52,115 nt of DNA from an uncultured Acidobacteriaceae bacterium (GTDB lineage Bacteria > Acidobacteriota > Terriglobia > Terriglobales > Acidobacteriaceae): the NCBI GenBank assembly GCA_964244985.1, contig CAXTKZ010000003.1, positions 1 through 52,115 of the forward strand, read 5' to 3'. Below are positions 39,138-50,058 of this stretch, piece after piece. The position numbers and the translations under genes are program-made. Every line of letters starts with the position of its first letter. Within the stretch, counting starts at the first letter, position 1. The notes below the pieces were generated by a model, which did no database searches, had not been told where the DNA came from, and saw nothing but the letters and a program-made list of their open reading frames with translations.

Positions 39138-40586
39138 TCACAAAACCTGCGAGTTCGCGTCCGGGTCGGGGTGGAACTGCACCTCGCTCATCGCATGGGT
39201 GATCTCGCGGTTTTTCATGAAGTACTCCCACACAAACCCCGAGCGTAGGTTTTCCGCCATCAGGACGCTGATGCCCTGATCGATGCCCAGAACATCCTCG
39301 GCAAACCAATTCCCTTTCACATCGAATGCGTCCACAAAGCCGTAGCGGGTCCACACGCGCGGCCCCATCTTCTCGCGCATGGAAAGCAGCACATGCGAGC
39401 ACTCCGCCGGCAAAAACGGCAGCGAGCCCGCGGCGGCGCAGGGCACCAGCGTGCCGTCGAGCGGTCCAATCGCGGGCGGCCCGCCCCACACCCGGTAGCC
39501 ATCCTTTGAGTCAGACGCCGTAATGCCCCACATATCCATGTCGACCCAGTTGAACTTCTGCCCCAGGTGAATGCACCAAAGCTGGTGGGCGCGCGTGGCG
39601 GCAATGGAGTTGGTGAAGTAGTTGGCGTGGAGATCGCGCTGGTCGCGATAGTCGCACCAGGCATGCGCGTACTGATGGATAAACAAGGGCGCGACGCCTG
39701 AAATGTACTCGATGCCGCCGAACTGGATCAGCGGCCGCTGCAGCGTGTTCCAGGTTTCAACCGGGATGGGGTGCGTGGGCGAGCCGATCGCCATCAGGTA
39801 CATGGTCATCAATTCGGCGTAAATGTCCCAACGGTGCTGGATAAATCCCTGCTCCGGCAGCCAGCCCATCGATAAACTTGTGCCGCCGTTCAACATCCAC
39901 TGCCAGTCGATGCGCCGGTAAAAGGTAGTCGCGAGCGCCGCGATGCGGGCATTGCCGGCAAAGTACTGTCGGCACAACAACACGCCGCATAGCAACAGGG
40001 CGGTATCGATGGACGAAAGCTCGGAGCCGAACATGCGCTGGCCGCTGTCGATATTGATGAAGTGGTACAGGAAGCCGTGCTCGTGCGGGCAGTCCTCCAG
40101 CAGGAAGGCAAGGGTACGCTCGACGCGCTGCTCGCAGTCGATGCGCCGCAGGTAGCCCCGCTGGGCCGCGATACACAGCGCGCTCAACCCGAAGCCGGTA
40201 GCGGCGATCGAGGCCACCCGCGAGGTGGATAGCCCGGCCGCGAGCGCGCGGTCCCGCACCAAACCCGTGCGCGGGCTCGCCTCGTTGTAGAAGAACTGGC
40301 AGCCGCGCTCTTCCATCTCGTCGAGCAGGCTATCGGCCTGCTTGGTGATTTGCGTCAGAGGACGGTTGATGAACTGCCCCGGCGGATGCGAGTACTTCGA
40401 CTGCGTGGCCACCTCGGGCAAGGGCTGGTCTCTGGCCGGCGTTTTGGGGGCAGGCTGGTTTTGCGCAAGGAGGACCGCGCTCTGTTGAGCGTGGGCTTCG
40501 GGCGCACTAAGGCTGAGAGCCCCGCTAGCACCCGCAGCGGCGGCAGCCCGCAGCATATCGCGGCGGGTAAGGCGTCGATCAGTCAA
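39138..40586 (-). CDS. Tat-exported GH144-like (glucoamylase-family) endo-beta-1,2-glucanase candidate
   Basis: Tat signal TRRDML..AHA; TGLVRDR, SIAATGFGL, GFLYHF, SSIDTALL, LFIHQY, WGITASD, YGFVDAF and LGIDQG. TTG at 40586 follows GGAG. Confidence 0.8.
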   Translation of the reverse strand: MTDRRLTRRDMLRAAAAAGASGALSLSAPEAHAQQSAVLLAQNQPAPKTPARDQPLPEVATQSKYSHPPGQFINRPLTQITKQADSLLDEMEERGCQFFYNEASPRTGLVRDRALAAGLSTSRVASIAATGFGLSALCIAAQRGYLRRIDCEQRVERTLAFLLEDCPHEHGFLYHFINIDSGQRMFGSELSSIDTALLLCGVLLCRQYFAGNARIAALATTFYRRIDWQWMLNGGTSLSMGWLPEQGFIQHRWDIYAELMTMYLMAIGSPTHPIPVETWNTLQRPLIQFGGIEYISGVAPLFIHQYAHAWCDYRDQRDLHANYFTNSIAATRAHQLWCIHLGQKFNWVDMDMWGITASDSKDGYRVWGGPPAIGPLDGTLVPCAAAGSLPFLPAECSHVLLSMREKMGPRVWTRYGFVDAFDVKGNWFAEDVLGIDQGISVLMAENLRSGFVWEYFMKNREITHAMSEVQFHPDPDANSQVL

Positions 40587-40765
40587 TCCTGCTCCGTACT
40601 TCGTGTTCTCAACAAAGATGCACGAAGAAGGGTTTCGGCACAAAAGGTAGGGCGAAAGGCCGCAGCTGCTGGCTGCTTGCAAGTGGCCCCTTCACCGGGC
40701 TGGGCTCCGGTGGCGTACCCAAGCGGCAAAACGGTGTACAACGGAAGCTGCCCTGTCAGGAACCA

Positions 40766-41098
40766 GTGATATTGCCCAACGGCGAAGTAGCTGTCATCAC
40801 GATCAAGAAACTTATAGCCTATTGTCTAAATCCCCAACATCCTGACTGGCAGCATAAAGCACGTGTCTTTTTCGCTGCTTCAGGGATGACGGTGTCCGAT
40901 GCCAACGAGCTTCGGGCAGCGCTTGCCGATGCAGCTGTCCCTAACGATGCTATGTCCGGTATCCTCGACCTTTACGGTAAGCGCTACATCGTGGATTTCA
41001 GGATGAGTCACAGAACAAGAAGTGCAATCGTTCGCAGCTGCTGGTTGATTGGTGTCGGCGAGACTGTACCGCGACTCATCACGTGCTTTGTGCTTTGA
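40766..41098 (+). CDS. DUF6883 domain protein
   Basis: LPN..KL..YCLNPQHP..HKARVF, YGKRY and VRSCWLI..PRLITCFV. Confidence 0.75.
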   Translation: MILPNGEVAVITIKKLIAYCLNPQHPDWQHKARVFFAASGMTVSDANELRAALADAAVPNDAMSGILDLYGKRYIVDFRMSHRTRSAIVRSCWLIGVGETVPRLITCFVL

Positions 41099-41111
41099 AA
41101 GCGAGGACACT

Positions 41112-41330
41112 ATGCCAAATCTGGAGCTCTTGTCAGTTGTGGCGCTGCTCCGCGATGTCCCTGAACACGGGCTTATACGTGGCCAGGTAGGGACCATTGT
41201 GGAGCTGCACTCACTTTCCGTTGCTGAGGTTGAATTCAGCGACACCGAAGGCCGCACGTACGCTCTCGCGGCTTTGCACGCAGAAGAGCTGATGCGTCTC
41301 CATCATCAGCCTTTGGGCCGCACCGCTTAA
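41112..41330 (+). CDS. DUF4926 domain protein
   Basis: LLSVVALLRDVPEHGLIRGQVGTIVE..EVEFSDTEGRTYA; SD GAGG. Confidence 0.85.
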   Translation: MPNLELLSVVALLRDVPEHGLIRGQVGTIVELHSLSVAEVEFSDTEGRTYALAALHAEELMRLHHQPLGRTA

Positions 41331-41429
41331 TCGCGGGAGGCAAGCCGATTCCTGAGCCTTGCAGCCGGACCCTGCATCCCAAGAGGGGTAAAACCGGTGC
41401 CGACTACGGCCCAAACCGAAGGAGATTCC

Positions 41430-42044
41430 ATGGCCTACGAACTTCCCCCTCTGCCCTATGAGTATGCTGCGCTCGAGCCACACATCGACGAAGCGACGAT
41501 GAAGCTGCACCATGACAAACATCACCAGACCTACGTCACCAACCTGAACGGCGCGATCGACAAGCATCCCGAGCTGGGCCAGCACACGCCGGAAGACCTG
41601 CTGCGCTCGCTCGACACCGTACCGGAAGACATCAAAACTGTTGTCCGCAACAACGGCGGCGGCCACGTGAACCACACCATGTTCTGGACCATTATGAAGC
41701 CGGGCGGCGGCGGCGAGCCCACGGGCGCGATCGCATCGAAAATTAGCGAAGACTTCGGCTCGTTTGCCGATTTCACAAAGCTCTTCAATGAGACCACGGC
41801 GAAGCAGTTCGGCTCCGGCTGGGGCTGGCTGGTGCTGGACGGCGGCAAGCTGAAAATTGTCACCACGCCCAACCAGGACAATCCGCTTTCCCAGGGCAAG
41901 TATCCCATCCTGGGCAATGACGTTTGGGAGCACGCCTATTACCTGAAGTACCAGAATAAGCGCCCCGATTACCTGGCCGCCTGGTGGAATACGGTGAACT
42001 GGGACGAAGTGAACAAGCGTTTTGAAACGGCGCAGAAGGCGTAG
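41430..42044 (+). CDS. sodA: Superoxide dismutase, Mn-type signature
   Basis: [32 protein letters not shown] and DVWEHAYY; SD GAAGGAG. Confidence 0.93.
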   Translation: MAYELPPLPYEYAALEPHIDEATMKLHHDKHHQTYVTNLNGAIDKHPELGQHTPEDLLRSLDTVPEDIKTVVRNNGGGHVNHTMFWTIMKPGGGGEPTGAIASKISEDFGSFADFTKLFNETTAKQFGSGWGWLVLDGGKLKIVTTPNQDNPLSQGKYPILGNDVWEHAYYLKYQNKRPDYLAAWWNTVNWDEVNKRFETAQKA

Positions 42045-42057
42045 TTGCCGCTTTCTC

Positions 42058-42093
42058 AAAAGGCCCGGCGTATGCGCTCGGGCCTTTTCTTTT
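42058..42093 (+). terminator. Intrinsic terminator after sod (possibly bidirectional)
   Basis: Stem AAAAGGCCCG/CGGGCCTTTT followed by CTTTT. Confidence 0.8.
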
Positions 42094-42140
42094 GCCCCGC
42101 GCTACGACTTTTCCACCATCCGCGTGTTTGTAGAGGATGT

Positions 42141-42911
42141 ATGCGCCCTACCTTCCCTGTCCTGCTATTCTTCGGTTTCGCTGCTTGCGCCCTCGCTGCT
42201 CCGCCTGCGGAGCAGTTCGTCATCACGCAAAATGGAAAGCAGTTGGGCCAAGCCGAGTACACGACAGCGCCCAGCTCAGGCGGAACCGCTTGGACCTCCA
42301 GCGGACAGATGAAACTGAACGATTTTGCTTATGCCTTCCACAGCACGGCACTGGTGGACGGTGAGGGAAACCTGGTGCGGGATGAGCTTTCGGGCTCGGT
42401 TCACGGCAAACAGGCTTCGGGGAACCACCTGCAATTCAATACTGCGTCTGACCCTACGGGGCGCTCCTTCCAGGTCACCGTCGATACCGATGGCAAACAG
42501 ACCACCAACACGCTGGATCGGCACAGAAACTTGGTCCTGCTGCCCGACCTCGACCCGGCGGCCTATACCCTGATGGCCCGGCTCGCGCTGCGCAAGCCGG
42601 ATGCCGCGTGGGTCCTGATCCCCAAGGAAAACGGCTTGCTGGTACCCGCTGAGTACACGGATATGGGCCAGGTGACCGGAAAGCTGAACGGTCAACCCGT
42701 GCAGGCGGAGCACATCATTGCGGCTTATGGCGGCGAAAACTCCCTGGTGGTGGAGCTGTACGCAAGGGGAGACGGCACCCTGATGGAAGCCGACCTGAAC
42801 GCGCAAAACTTCCGCGTGGAGCGCACCGGCTGGAAACTCGCAAACCACCCTCAACCGGTCGCACCGCCGCCGGGGGAAGCCCCGCAGCAGAACACGCAGG
42901 CACCTCAGTAA
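42141..42911 (+). CDS. Hypothetical secreted protein
   Basis: Signal peptide ending ALA, beta-rich body and Pro/Gln tail; SD GAGGA. Confidence 0.7.
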   Translation: MRPTFPVLLFFGFAACALAAPPAEQFVITQNGKQLGQAEYTTAPSSGGTAWTSSGQMKLNDFAYAFHSTALVDGEGNLVRDELSGSVHGKQASGNHLQFNTASDPTGRSFQVTVDTDGKQTTNTLDRHRNLVLLPDLDPAAYTLMARLALRKPDAAWVLIPKENGLLVPAEYTDMGQVTGKLNGQPVQAEHIIAAYGGENSLVVELYARGDGTLMEADLNAQNFRVERTGWKLANHPQPVAPPPGEAPQQNTQAPQ

Positions 42912-44212
42912 GCGGCTACAAGCCGCAGGCCTTCTTCCGTTGAACGAATGCGGCCTTCCAGCTGGGCGTCCTCGGCCATTGCCAGCAACTCTTTAAACCG
43001 CGGCCCCGGTGTGTATCCCGCGGCGATCAGGTCGCGTCCGGTCACCAGCAGCTTGGGCCGAACTTCCACTTCCGGCGTACGCTCGTAGTGCTCCTTGGCA
43101 AACTCATACAACCCCAAAAGGTTATGGCTCGACGAGCAGTCTAGCCAGTGCAGCTGCAGGTGCTCCCCAAACCTCGGCAGCCGTAGAAAGCGCTTCAGCG
43201 TGGACTCGCGCATATGCTTCACTTCGCCGAACCGCATATGGTTCGCGACCAACGACGCAATTTGGGCAGTGTCCTCATTTGAAAACCGCAGCCGCGCGCA
43301 GATTGCCTCCACCATGCGCGTCCCCACCTCGGCATGGCCGTTGAAGCGGATTCGCTCCGGCGTCCGGACATAGCAGGGCGGCTTGCCCACGTCATGCAGC
43401 AGCGCACCCCAGGCAAGCGTTGGCAGGCAGCCCGCTTCCAGCTTTTCAAGCAGCAGCATCGTGTGTATAAACACATCGCCCTCAGGGTGCCAGTCGGGCG
43501 GTTGGTCAACCCCGTGCATGCGAGCAATCTCCGGCAGCACTTCACGCAGCAGGCCCGTACGGTCCAGCAGCTCAAACGCAGTCCGCGCCCGCCCCTCGGT
43601 CAACATACGGGTCAATTCATCGCGGGTACGCTCCGGGCTTACCTGGTGAACGGTCGCGGCCTGCGCGCGGATAGCGGCTTCGGTTTCCGCTTCGAGCGCA
43701 AAGCCGAAGCGCGCGGCGAAACGCACCGCCCGCAGCATGCGCAGCTTGTCTTCCGCGAACCGGCGGCTCGGATCGCCGATGGCCCGGATAAGTCCGGCTT
43801 CGAGGTCGGCCCTGCCGCCCACAAAATCCAGCACCTCTTCCGTGAGCGGGTCGTACAGCATCCCGTTCACGGAAAAGTCGCGCCGGGCCACATCTTCCCG
43901 GGGGTCGAGCGAGTAGCGCACCTGGTCGGGGCGGCGCCCGTCGGAGTACGCTCCGTCGTGGCGAAAGGTCGCGACCTCGGTTTGCGTCTCGCCGCTGCAC
44001 ACCAGGATCACGCCGAAATGGGCACCCACGGCGAAGGTACGCGGGAAGAGCGCGAGGACATGGACCGGCAGGGCGCTGGTGGCGACGTCGAAATCCTTGG
44101 CCTCGCGGCCCAGCAGTCGGTCGCGCACGCAACCCCCGGCATAGAAAGCCTGGTGGCCCGCGGCGCGGAGGGTCTGGACGATCGACAGCGCGGCTTGTTC
44201 GGGGTGAGTCAT
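42905..44212 (-). CDS. cca: CCA tRNA nucleotidyltransferase (class II) with HD domain
   Basis: GGCVRD..DFDVAT, EVATFR.D, RRDFSVN, EDKLRMLRAVRF, HPEGDVFIHT and LLHDVGKP. Confidence 0.92.
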   Translation of the reverse strand: MTHPEQAALSIVQTLRAAGHQAFYAGGCVRDRLLGREAKDFDVATSALPVHVLALFPRTFAVGAHFGVILVCSGETQTEVATFRHDGAYSDGRRPDQVRYSLDPREDVARRDFSVNGMLYDPLTEEVLDFVGGRADLEAGLIRAIGDPSRRFAEDKLRMLRAVRFAARFGFALEAETEAAIRAQAATVHQVSPERTRDELTRMLTEGRARTAFELLDRTGLLREVLPEIARMHGVDQPPDWHPEGDVFIHTMLLLEKLEAGCLPTLAWGALLHDVGKPPCYVRTPERIRFNGHAEVGTRMVEAICARLRFSNEDTAQIASLVANHMRFGEVKHMRESTLKRFLRLPRFGEHLQLHWLDCSSSHNLLGLYEFAKEHYERTPEVEVRPKLLVTGRDLIAAGYTPGPRFKELLAMAEDAQLEGRIRSTEEGLRLVAAY

Positions 44213-44241
44213 GCTGTTTGGTTTAGATGACGCGAGTGGGA

Positions 44242-44270
44242 TGGACGCTCCCGCCTAGGCGGGCTACGCT
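44242..44270 (+). promoter_or_regulatory. Putative sigma70 promoter with a palindromic operator in the spacer
   Basis: TGGACG-N17-TACGCT; perfect 14-bp palindrome CCCGCCTAGGCGGG at 44250-44263. Confidence 0.55.
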
Positions 44271-44286
44271 AAGAACGGAGGCGGCG

Positions 44287-44538
44287 ATGAAAGAGCTTGC
44301 GATTGAAGAGGCCGGTGCACAGTTCAGTGCCTTGCTGGAATCAGTGGAGCGCGGGGAAGAGATCAGGTTTACAAGAAACGGCGAGGTTGTGGCGGAGCTG
44401 ACACCACCCCGGACCGTGCGCGACCCGGCACGGATCGATAGGGCGTTTGCAGAAATTCGTGAGCGCGTCAAAGAAGAAGGCGTCCAGTCGATCGGTGCTG
44501 CCACGATGAAGGAATGGATCCATGAGGGCCGCCTTTGA
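44287..44538 (+). CDS. Phd/YefM family antitoxin
   Basis: MKELAIEEAGAQFSALLESVERGEEIRFTRNGEVVAEL and WIHEGR end; SD GGAGG. Confidence 0.88.
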   Translation: MKELAIEEAGAQFSALLESVERGEEIRFTRNGEVVAELTPPRTVRDPARIDRAFAEIRERVKEEGVQSIGAATMKEWIHEGRL

Positions 44539-44948
44539 TTTTGGTTCTGGACGCCTCTGCATACCTAGCGATGCTACTCAACGAGATCGATGAGAAAGCC
44601 CAGTATGCTCTGCACGCGCGTTTACGCGATGCTGGATTCCATGTACCCCACCTGTGGTGGTATGAAGTCGCAAATGGCTTGATGATGGGCGTCAAACGCG
44701 GGCGCCACAGCCTTAGTCTGGCGAAAGCTGTCATGACACGCTCTGACGAATACCTGATCATCAACGATCAACGGCCGTTCCCTTCCAAACGGGAAAAAAT
44801 CGTTGATCTGGTGGCTCTCTACGGCCTCACTTTTTATGACGCGAGTTATTTGGAACTTGCGATCAGCCGGCGCGCAACGCTGGTAACACAGGACAAAGCG
44901 CTTCTAAGAGCTGCAGGAGAATGCGACATTGAGGTGGTGCGGTTTTGA
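44535..44948 (+). CDS. vapC: VapC PIN-domain toxin
   Basis: LVLDAS, VPHLWWYEVAN, LTFYDASYLELA and LVTQD; TTGA overlap with the antitoxin gene. Confidence 0.9.
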   Translation: MILVLDASAYLAMLLNEIDEKAQYALHARLRDAGFHVPHLWWYEVANGLMMGVKRGRHSLSLAKAVMTRSDEYLIINDQRPFPSKREKIVDLVALYGLTFYDASYLELAISRRATLVTQDKALLRAAGECDIEVVRF

Positions 44949-44978
44949 CGCCGCAAGCTGCCGTCCCTTTGCGAATTG

Positions 44979-46109
44979 ATGATGCGTCAAGTTGATCGAG
45001 GCCTCATCCTCGGCATCGAAAGCTCCTGCGATGAAACCGCCGCCGCGGTCGTCGCTCGCGGGCGCGATACCCTTTCGAGCGTCGTCGCTTCTCAGTTTGC
45101 CACCCATGCCCCGTACGGCGGCGTCGTCCCCGAGCTCGCCTCGCGCGAGCACCTGCGCAACATCGTCCCGGTCGTGCGGGCGGCACTGGCGCAAGCCGAC
45201 GTGACGCTTCCGGAGCTCGACGCGGTCGCCGTGACGGAAGGTCCCGGACTGGCCGGTGCATTGCTCGTAGGGGTGACATATGCGAAAACCCTGGCCTGGG
45301 CGCTTGGGAAGCCTCTCATTGCTGTCAATCATCTCGAAGGGCATATTCACGCGGTCCTGCTTGAGCATGCGCACGCCGCCGACGCGGACTCCCCGGCACT
45401 TGCGCTGGTCGTTTCGGGCGGCCATACGCACCTGTACCTGGCGGCGCACGAGGGCAGCCAGTGGCAGTACCGCGCCATCGGGCGCACGGTGGACGACGCG
45501 GCGGGCGAGGCGTTCGATAAAGTTGCGAAGCTGCTCGGCCTCCCTTATCCGGGCGGCCCCTGGATTGACGCGCTTGCCCCGCACGGCGACCCCCATGCGG
45601 TACCGTTTCGTTTCGCGGAGGTGCGCCTGCGGGAGGGCCGTCAAAAGCCCGGCGCGCCCGAGACCGAAGTGTTGTTCTCCTTTTCCGGGATCAAAACAGC
45701 AGTTCTGCGCTATGTTGAATCGCATGGCATGGGCGCGGCAGCCGCGGCGCGCTCCCGCGCTCTTTCAAGGCAGGCTAAACCCGCCGATGCCCTCCCCCTA
45801 TGCGACGCCGCCACGCTCAACCTCCTTGCCTCGTTCCAGCGCGCCGTTGTCGACAACCTCATTGAGCGCACGCTTGCCGCCGCGGAGCGCCACGGCGCGC
45901 GTGCGGTTCTGGTCTCAGGCGGAGTCGCCGCCAACCGTGAGCTGCGGGCACGCTTTCTGGCAAAAGCTCGCTTGCCGGTGCTGTTTCCATCGCTTGCTCT
46001 CTCAACCGACAACGCCGCCATGATTGCCGCGGCGGCGTGGCCTCGCCTACAAGCGCGGCTATACGCGCCCGACGAACTGACGCCGCAACCCCGGCTTGCT
46101 CTGGGCTGA
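44979..46109 (+). CDS. tsaD: tRNA N6-threonylcarbamoyladenosine transferase TsaD
   Basis: [67 protein letters not shown] and TDNAAMIA. Confidence 0.97.
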   Translation: MMRQVDRGLILGIESSCDETAAAVVARGRDTLSSVVASQFATHAPYGGVVPELASREHLRNIVPVVRAALAQADVTLPELDAVAVTEGPGLAGALLVGVTYAKTLAWALGKPLIAVNHLEGHIHAVLLEHAHAADADSPALALVVSGGHTHLYLAAHEGSQWQYRAIGRTVDDAAGEAFDKVAKLLGLPYPGGPWIDALAPHGDPHAVPFRFAEVRLREGRQKPGAPETEVLFSFSGIKTAVLRYVESHGMGAAAAARSRALSRQAKPADALPLCDAATLNLLASFQRAVVDNLIERTLAAAERHGARAVLVSGGVAANRELRARFLAKARLPVLFPSLALSTDNAAMIAAAAWPRLQARLYAPDELTPQPRLALG

Positions 46110-46167
46110 TGGGTCGGCTGGTAAACTCAACCGGTAAGCAGTGGCACCCTAAGCCTCCCTGGAACGC

Positions 46168-47649
46168 ATGACTCTCCATCTCTTCAATACTCTGAGCGGA
46201 CGCACGGAGCCGCTCGCGCCCGCTGACGGGCAAACCCTGAGCATGTACGCCTGCGGCCCTACGGTGTACGACTACGGACATATCGGCAACTTCCGCACGT
46301 TTCTTCACGTCGATGCGCTGCGGCGCACGCTCGAGCTAAATGGCATCGAGGTGCGGCATGTGATGAACGTGACGGACGTGGATGACAAGATCATCCGCAA
46401 CGCGGCCGCCGCCGGGCTGCCTATCGCCGACTACACCCGCCGGTTTGAGGAAGCGTTTTTCGAAGATCTGGACTCCCTCCGCGTCGAGCGGCCCACGGTG
46501 GTCGCACGCGCCACCGAGCACATTCCCGAGATGGTCGCCCTCGTCGAACAGCTCGCGGCAAAGGGTCTGGCCTATCGCGCTGAGGATGGTTCCTGGTACT
46601 ACCGCATCGCGGGCGACCCCGAGTACGGCAAGCTGTCGAAAAAAGATCTTTCGGGCATGGACGATGGTGCTCGGGTCGAAGTCGACGAGTACGACAAGGA
46701 CTCTGCCCGTGATTTTGCATTGTGGAAAGCTCCCAAACCGGGCGAGCATCACTGGACATCGGAGATTGGCCCCGGCCGTCCAGGCTGGCATATTGAGTGT
46801 TCCGCAATGGCCATGCGTTTTCTTGGGCCTTCCTTCGACCTCCATGCGGGGGGCGAAGACCTGATGTTTCCGCACCATGAAAACGAGATCGCACAGTCGG
46901 AAGGTGCAACCGGCGAAACCTTCGCCCGGCACTGGTTTCATGTGCGTTTTCTGTTGGTGGAAGGCCGCAAGATGTCGAAGTCCGAGGGCAATTTTCATAC
47001 CCTGCGCGACCTTCTGCTGCGCGGCTACAAGGCTTCGGCGATTCGGTCTCTGCTGCTTTCGGTTCCCTATGGGCAGCAGCTCAATTTCACGTTTGAAGGA
47101 CTGGCCGCGGAAACGGCAGCCCTCGATCGCTTGCGCGCGTTCCGGGATCGCATAGGGAGGCTGGCCGCTCACGACGGGGCCGAAAACCCGGAACTGGCAG
47201 GAGAAATCAAACGCCATACACGTATGTTCAACGAAGCACTCGCGCACGACCTGAACACAGCGGCAGCGCGGGCGGCGGTGTTTGAAACTGTGCGCATCGC
47301 AAACACGGCCGCGGATACAGGCCACTTAGGCACCGCCGAGGCTCAGGCCTGTCTTTCCTTTTTGGACCGCTTTGATCGCATCTTCGCGGTGCTCTCTACC
47401 GATGACGCAGCGATCACACAGGATGCGCTTCAATGGGCGGCATGCGAGGGCCACTTGGCCGAGGCGTCGCCGGAGTTGCTCGCGCGGCATTTACTTGCCG
47501 ACACGCAGATTGAGGCGATGTTGGCCGAGCGCAAGGAAGCCCGTCGCTTGCGTGACTTTGCCCGTTCCGACGCCATTCGCGGCGAGCTTACACGCAAGGG
47601 CATCGTGATTGAGGACGGCAAGGATGGGGTACGCTGGCACCGTCGTTAG
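46168..47649 (+). CDS. cysS: Cysteine--tRNA ligase
   Basis: [35 protein letters not shown] and KMSKS. Confidence 0.98.
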   Translation: MTLHLFNTLSGRTEPLAPADGQTLSMYACGPTVYDYGHIGNFRTFLHVDALRRTLELNGIEVRHVMNVTDVDDKIIRNAAAAGLPIADYTRRFEEAFFEDLDSLRVERPTVVARATEHIPEMVALVEQLAAKGLAYRAEDGSWYYRIAGDPEYGKLSKKDLSGMDDGARVEVDEYDKDSARDFALWKAPKPGEHHWTSEIGPGRPGWHIECSAMAMRFLGPSFDLHAGGEDLMFPHHENEIAQSEGATGETFARHWFHVRFLLVEGRKMSKSEGNFHTLRDLLLRGYKASAIRSLLLSVPYGQQLNFTFEGLAAETAALDRLRAFRDRIGRLAAHDGAENPELAGEIKRHTRMFNEALAHDLNTAAARAAVFETVRIANTAADTGHLGTAEAQACLSFLDRFDRIFAVLSTDDAAITQDALQWAACEGHLAEASPELLARHLLADTQIEAMLAERKEARRLRDFARSDAIRGELTRKGIVIEDGKDGVRWHRR

Positions 47650-47859
47650 ACTAAGGCCTTTACTCGCCGCGGCAGGATGAAATACGGCGCATAAAAGAGA
47701 AGTGCGAACGGCTATCTATTTGATATCGGGTCGAGCCTCCAGGTTTTCGGCACACCCGATACCGTCAACCAGGTTCCAGGCATACTCTGTGCTACATACA
47801 GAATCCTCACCTTCTTGATCGATCCCAGATGCATTGCATGCCTGCGCGGAAAGCCATGC

Positions 47860-47889
47860 AAAAAAGGAGCGCCCATGAGGGCGCTCCTT
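47860..47889 (-). terminator. Intrinsic terminator after ftsH
   Basis: 11-bp stem AAGGAGCGCCC/GGGCGCTCCTT with a 4-nt loop and a T6 tail on the minus strand. Confidence 0.88.
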
Positions 47890-47909
47890 AACTCAAGCTA
47901 GCAAGACAC

Positions 47910-49823
47910 TTACGCCGGTGAAGGGCTGCCTTCCGGGAAGCCAGCACCATGCTTCGGTTCCGGTTTCAGTACCTGCTGCACATCCCCGGTCGGTGTGCCG
48001 TTGGACGGGCCGGACGGCTTGATCGGCGGCAACTGCTCACCCGCGATGATCATGCGGATATCGTTGGCGTCAATCGTTTCCCGCTCAAGCAGGGCAATCG
48101 CCATGCGGTGCATGGCATCCCCTTTCGATTCGAGAATGCTGTAGGCCGACTTATACGCTTCATCGACCATGGAGCGTACCTCGGCATCGATCTGCCGTGC
48201 CGTTTCTTCTGAAAAATCGCGATGCTGCGCGATCTCACGTCCCAGGAAGATCTGCTCTTCTTTCTTCCCATAGGTAAGCGGACCCAAACGGCTCATGCCG
48301 TACTCACAAACCATCTTGCGGGCCAACTCCGTAGCACGCTCAATGTCATTGCCGGCACCGGTCGTCATCTGCTTGAGGAAGATTTCTTCGGCGATGCGGC
48401 CGCCCATCAGGATGGCAAGCTGCGTTTCAAGGTAGTCCTTCGTGACGGTGTGCTTGTCATCCGTCGGAAGCTGCATGGTAACGCCGAGCGCCATACCGCG
48501 CGGGATGATCGTGACCTTATGGAGCGGGTCGGCGTGCTTGCGAACTGCCGCGACCAGCGCATGGCCGGCTTCATGGTAGGCGGTAACCCGCTTTTCCTCG
48601 TCGCTCAACAGCATGGATTTGCGCTCGGCACCCATCAGCACCTTGTCCTTCGCGGATTCAAAGTCGGACATGGTCACCGATTTGCGGTTCATGCGGGCTG
48701 CATTTAGAGCAGCCTCATTCACCATGTTGGCCAGATCGGCCCCGGAGAAACCGGGTGTACCACGCGCCATCACGCGTAGATCGACATCTTCCGCGGTCGG
48801 TACCTTGCGGGCATGGACGGCAAGCACTTCCTCGCGTCCGCGCACATCAGGTCGACCCACGATGACGCGTCGGTCGAAGCGTCCGGGACGGAGCAGCGCC
48901 GGGTCGAGTACATCCGGACGGTTGGTTGCGGCGACCAGAATGACGCCGTCATTGGACTCAAAACCGTCCATCTCAACGAGCAGCTGGTTCAGGGTTTGCT
49001 CGCGCTCATCATGACCGCCGCCGAGACCCGCGCCGCGATGGCGGCCCACAGCATCGATTTCGTCGATGAAGATAATGCACGGTGCATTCTTTTTGCCTTG
49101 CTCGAAGAGGTCGCGCACACGGCTTGCGCCGACGCCGACAAACATTTCCACGAAGTCCGAACCGGAGATTGAGAAGAACGGAACGTTTGCCTCGCCCGCT
49201 ACAGCACGGGCAAGCAGAGTTTTGCCGGTTCCCGGAGGTCCGACGAGCAGCACACCCTTGGGAATGCGTCCGCCGAGCTTCTGGAACTTTTGCGCCTCGC
49301 GAAGGAACTCGATGATCTCCTTGAGTTCTTCCTTGGCTTCGTCGACGCCGGCAACATCCTTAAATGTGACCTTCTTTTGCTGCATGGAGAGCAGCCGCGC
49401 CCGGCTCTTGCCGAACGACAGCGCCTTGTTGCCGCCCGACTGCATCTGGCGCAGCATAAAGAACCAAAGCGCGCCGATAATCAGAATAGGGCCGAGATTG
49501 AACAGCAGCGGCAGCCAGGACGAACCCTGGTTATCCCGCACCGTTACGGAAACGTGGTTTTCCTGCAAAGTGTCGTACAGCTTGGGATAGTTCGCGGGAA
49601 TCGTCACATGGTACGGGGTGCCGTTTTTGAGCTTGCCGCGTACCTCACCGCCCGTTACTGTTGCATCCTGCACTTGGCCGGTCTGGGCGTCCTGAAGGAA
49701 CGTCGAGAACGACACATCCTGATCGTGCCCAGAGCCTGAGCCCTTCTGGAAAACCTGCCACAGCAGAATGAGGCAGGCAAAAATGAACACCCAGAAGATA
49801 ATTGTTTTGACCGTCGAATTCAC
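47910..49823 (-). CDS. ftsH: ATP-dependent zinc metalloprotease FtsH
   Basis: Two TM helices, [34 protein letters not shown] and HEAGH. Confidence 0.98.
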   Translation of the reverse strand: MNSTVKTIIFWVFIFACLILLWQVFQKGSGSGHDQDVSFSTFLQDAQTGQVQDATVTGGEVRGKLKNGTPYHVTIPANYPKLYDTLQENHVSVTVRDNQGSSWLPLLFNLGPILIIGALWFFMLRQMQSGGNKALSFGKSRARLLSMQQKKVTFKDVAGVDEAKEELKEIIEFLREAQKFQKLGGRIPKGVLLVGPPGTGKTLLARAVAGEANVPFFSISGSDFVEMFVGVGASRVRDLFEQGKKNAPCIIFIDEIDAVGRHRGAGLGGGHDEREQTLNQLLVEMDGFESNDGVILVAATNRPDVLDPALLRPGRFDRRVIVGRPDVRGREEVLAVHARKVPTAEDVDLRVMARGTPGFSGADLANMVNEAALNAARMNRKSVTMSDFESAKDKVLMGAERKSMLLSDEEKRVTAYHEAGHALVAAVRKHADPLHKVTIIPRGMALGVTMQLPTDDKHTVTKDYLETQLAILMGGRIAEEIFLKQMTTGAGNDIERATELARKMVCEYGMSRLGPLTYGKKEEQIFLGREIAQHRDFSEETARQIDAEVRSMVDEAYKSAYSILESKGDAMHRMAIALLERETIDANDIRMIIAGEQLPPIKPSGPSNGTPTGDVQQVLKPEPKHGAGFPEGSPSPA

Positions 49824-50058
49824 CAGAAACCCTCACTTCTCTTACCGCACAAACCTGCGAATCTAATCTTTAGACGCACATTCCTCGCCAAAGAAGCATA
49901 GATGCGCTGCCCGCATCCATGTGCTCAACGAGAATTGTTCTCAGACTACACAGGGAATGGGACGATGCGCGCGTTATTTTTACTTTCCGCTCGCGGAAGC
50001 CGTTTTCGTTTCGTTTTGGGCCGATCGTTCCCCATTCGGCACGGCCTATCTTATAAAA

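Noticed and set aside
37812-44948. TA-rich stretch as a prophage or integrative element
   Set aside because: No integrase, transposase, att-like repeats or phage genes were seen; the cassettes alternate with housekeeping genes.
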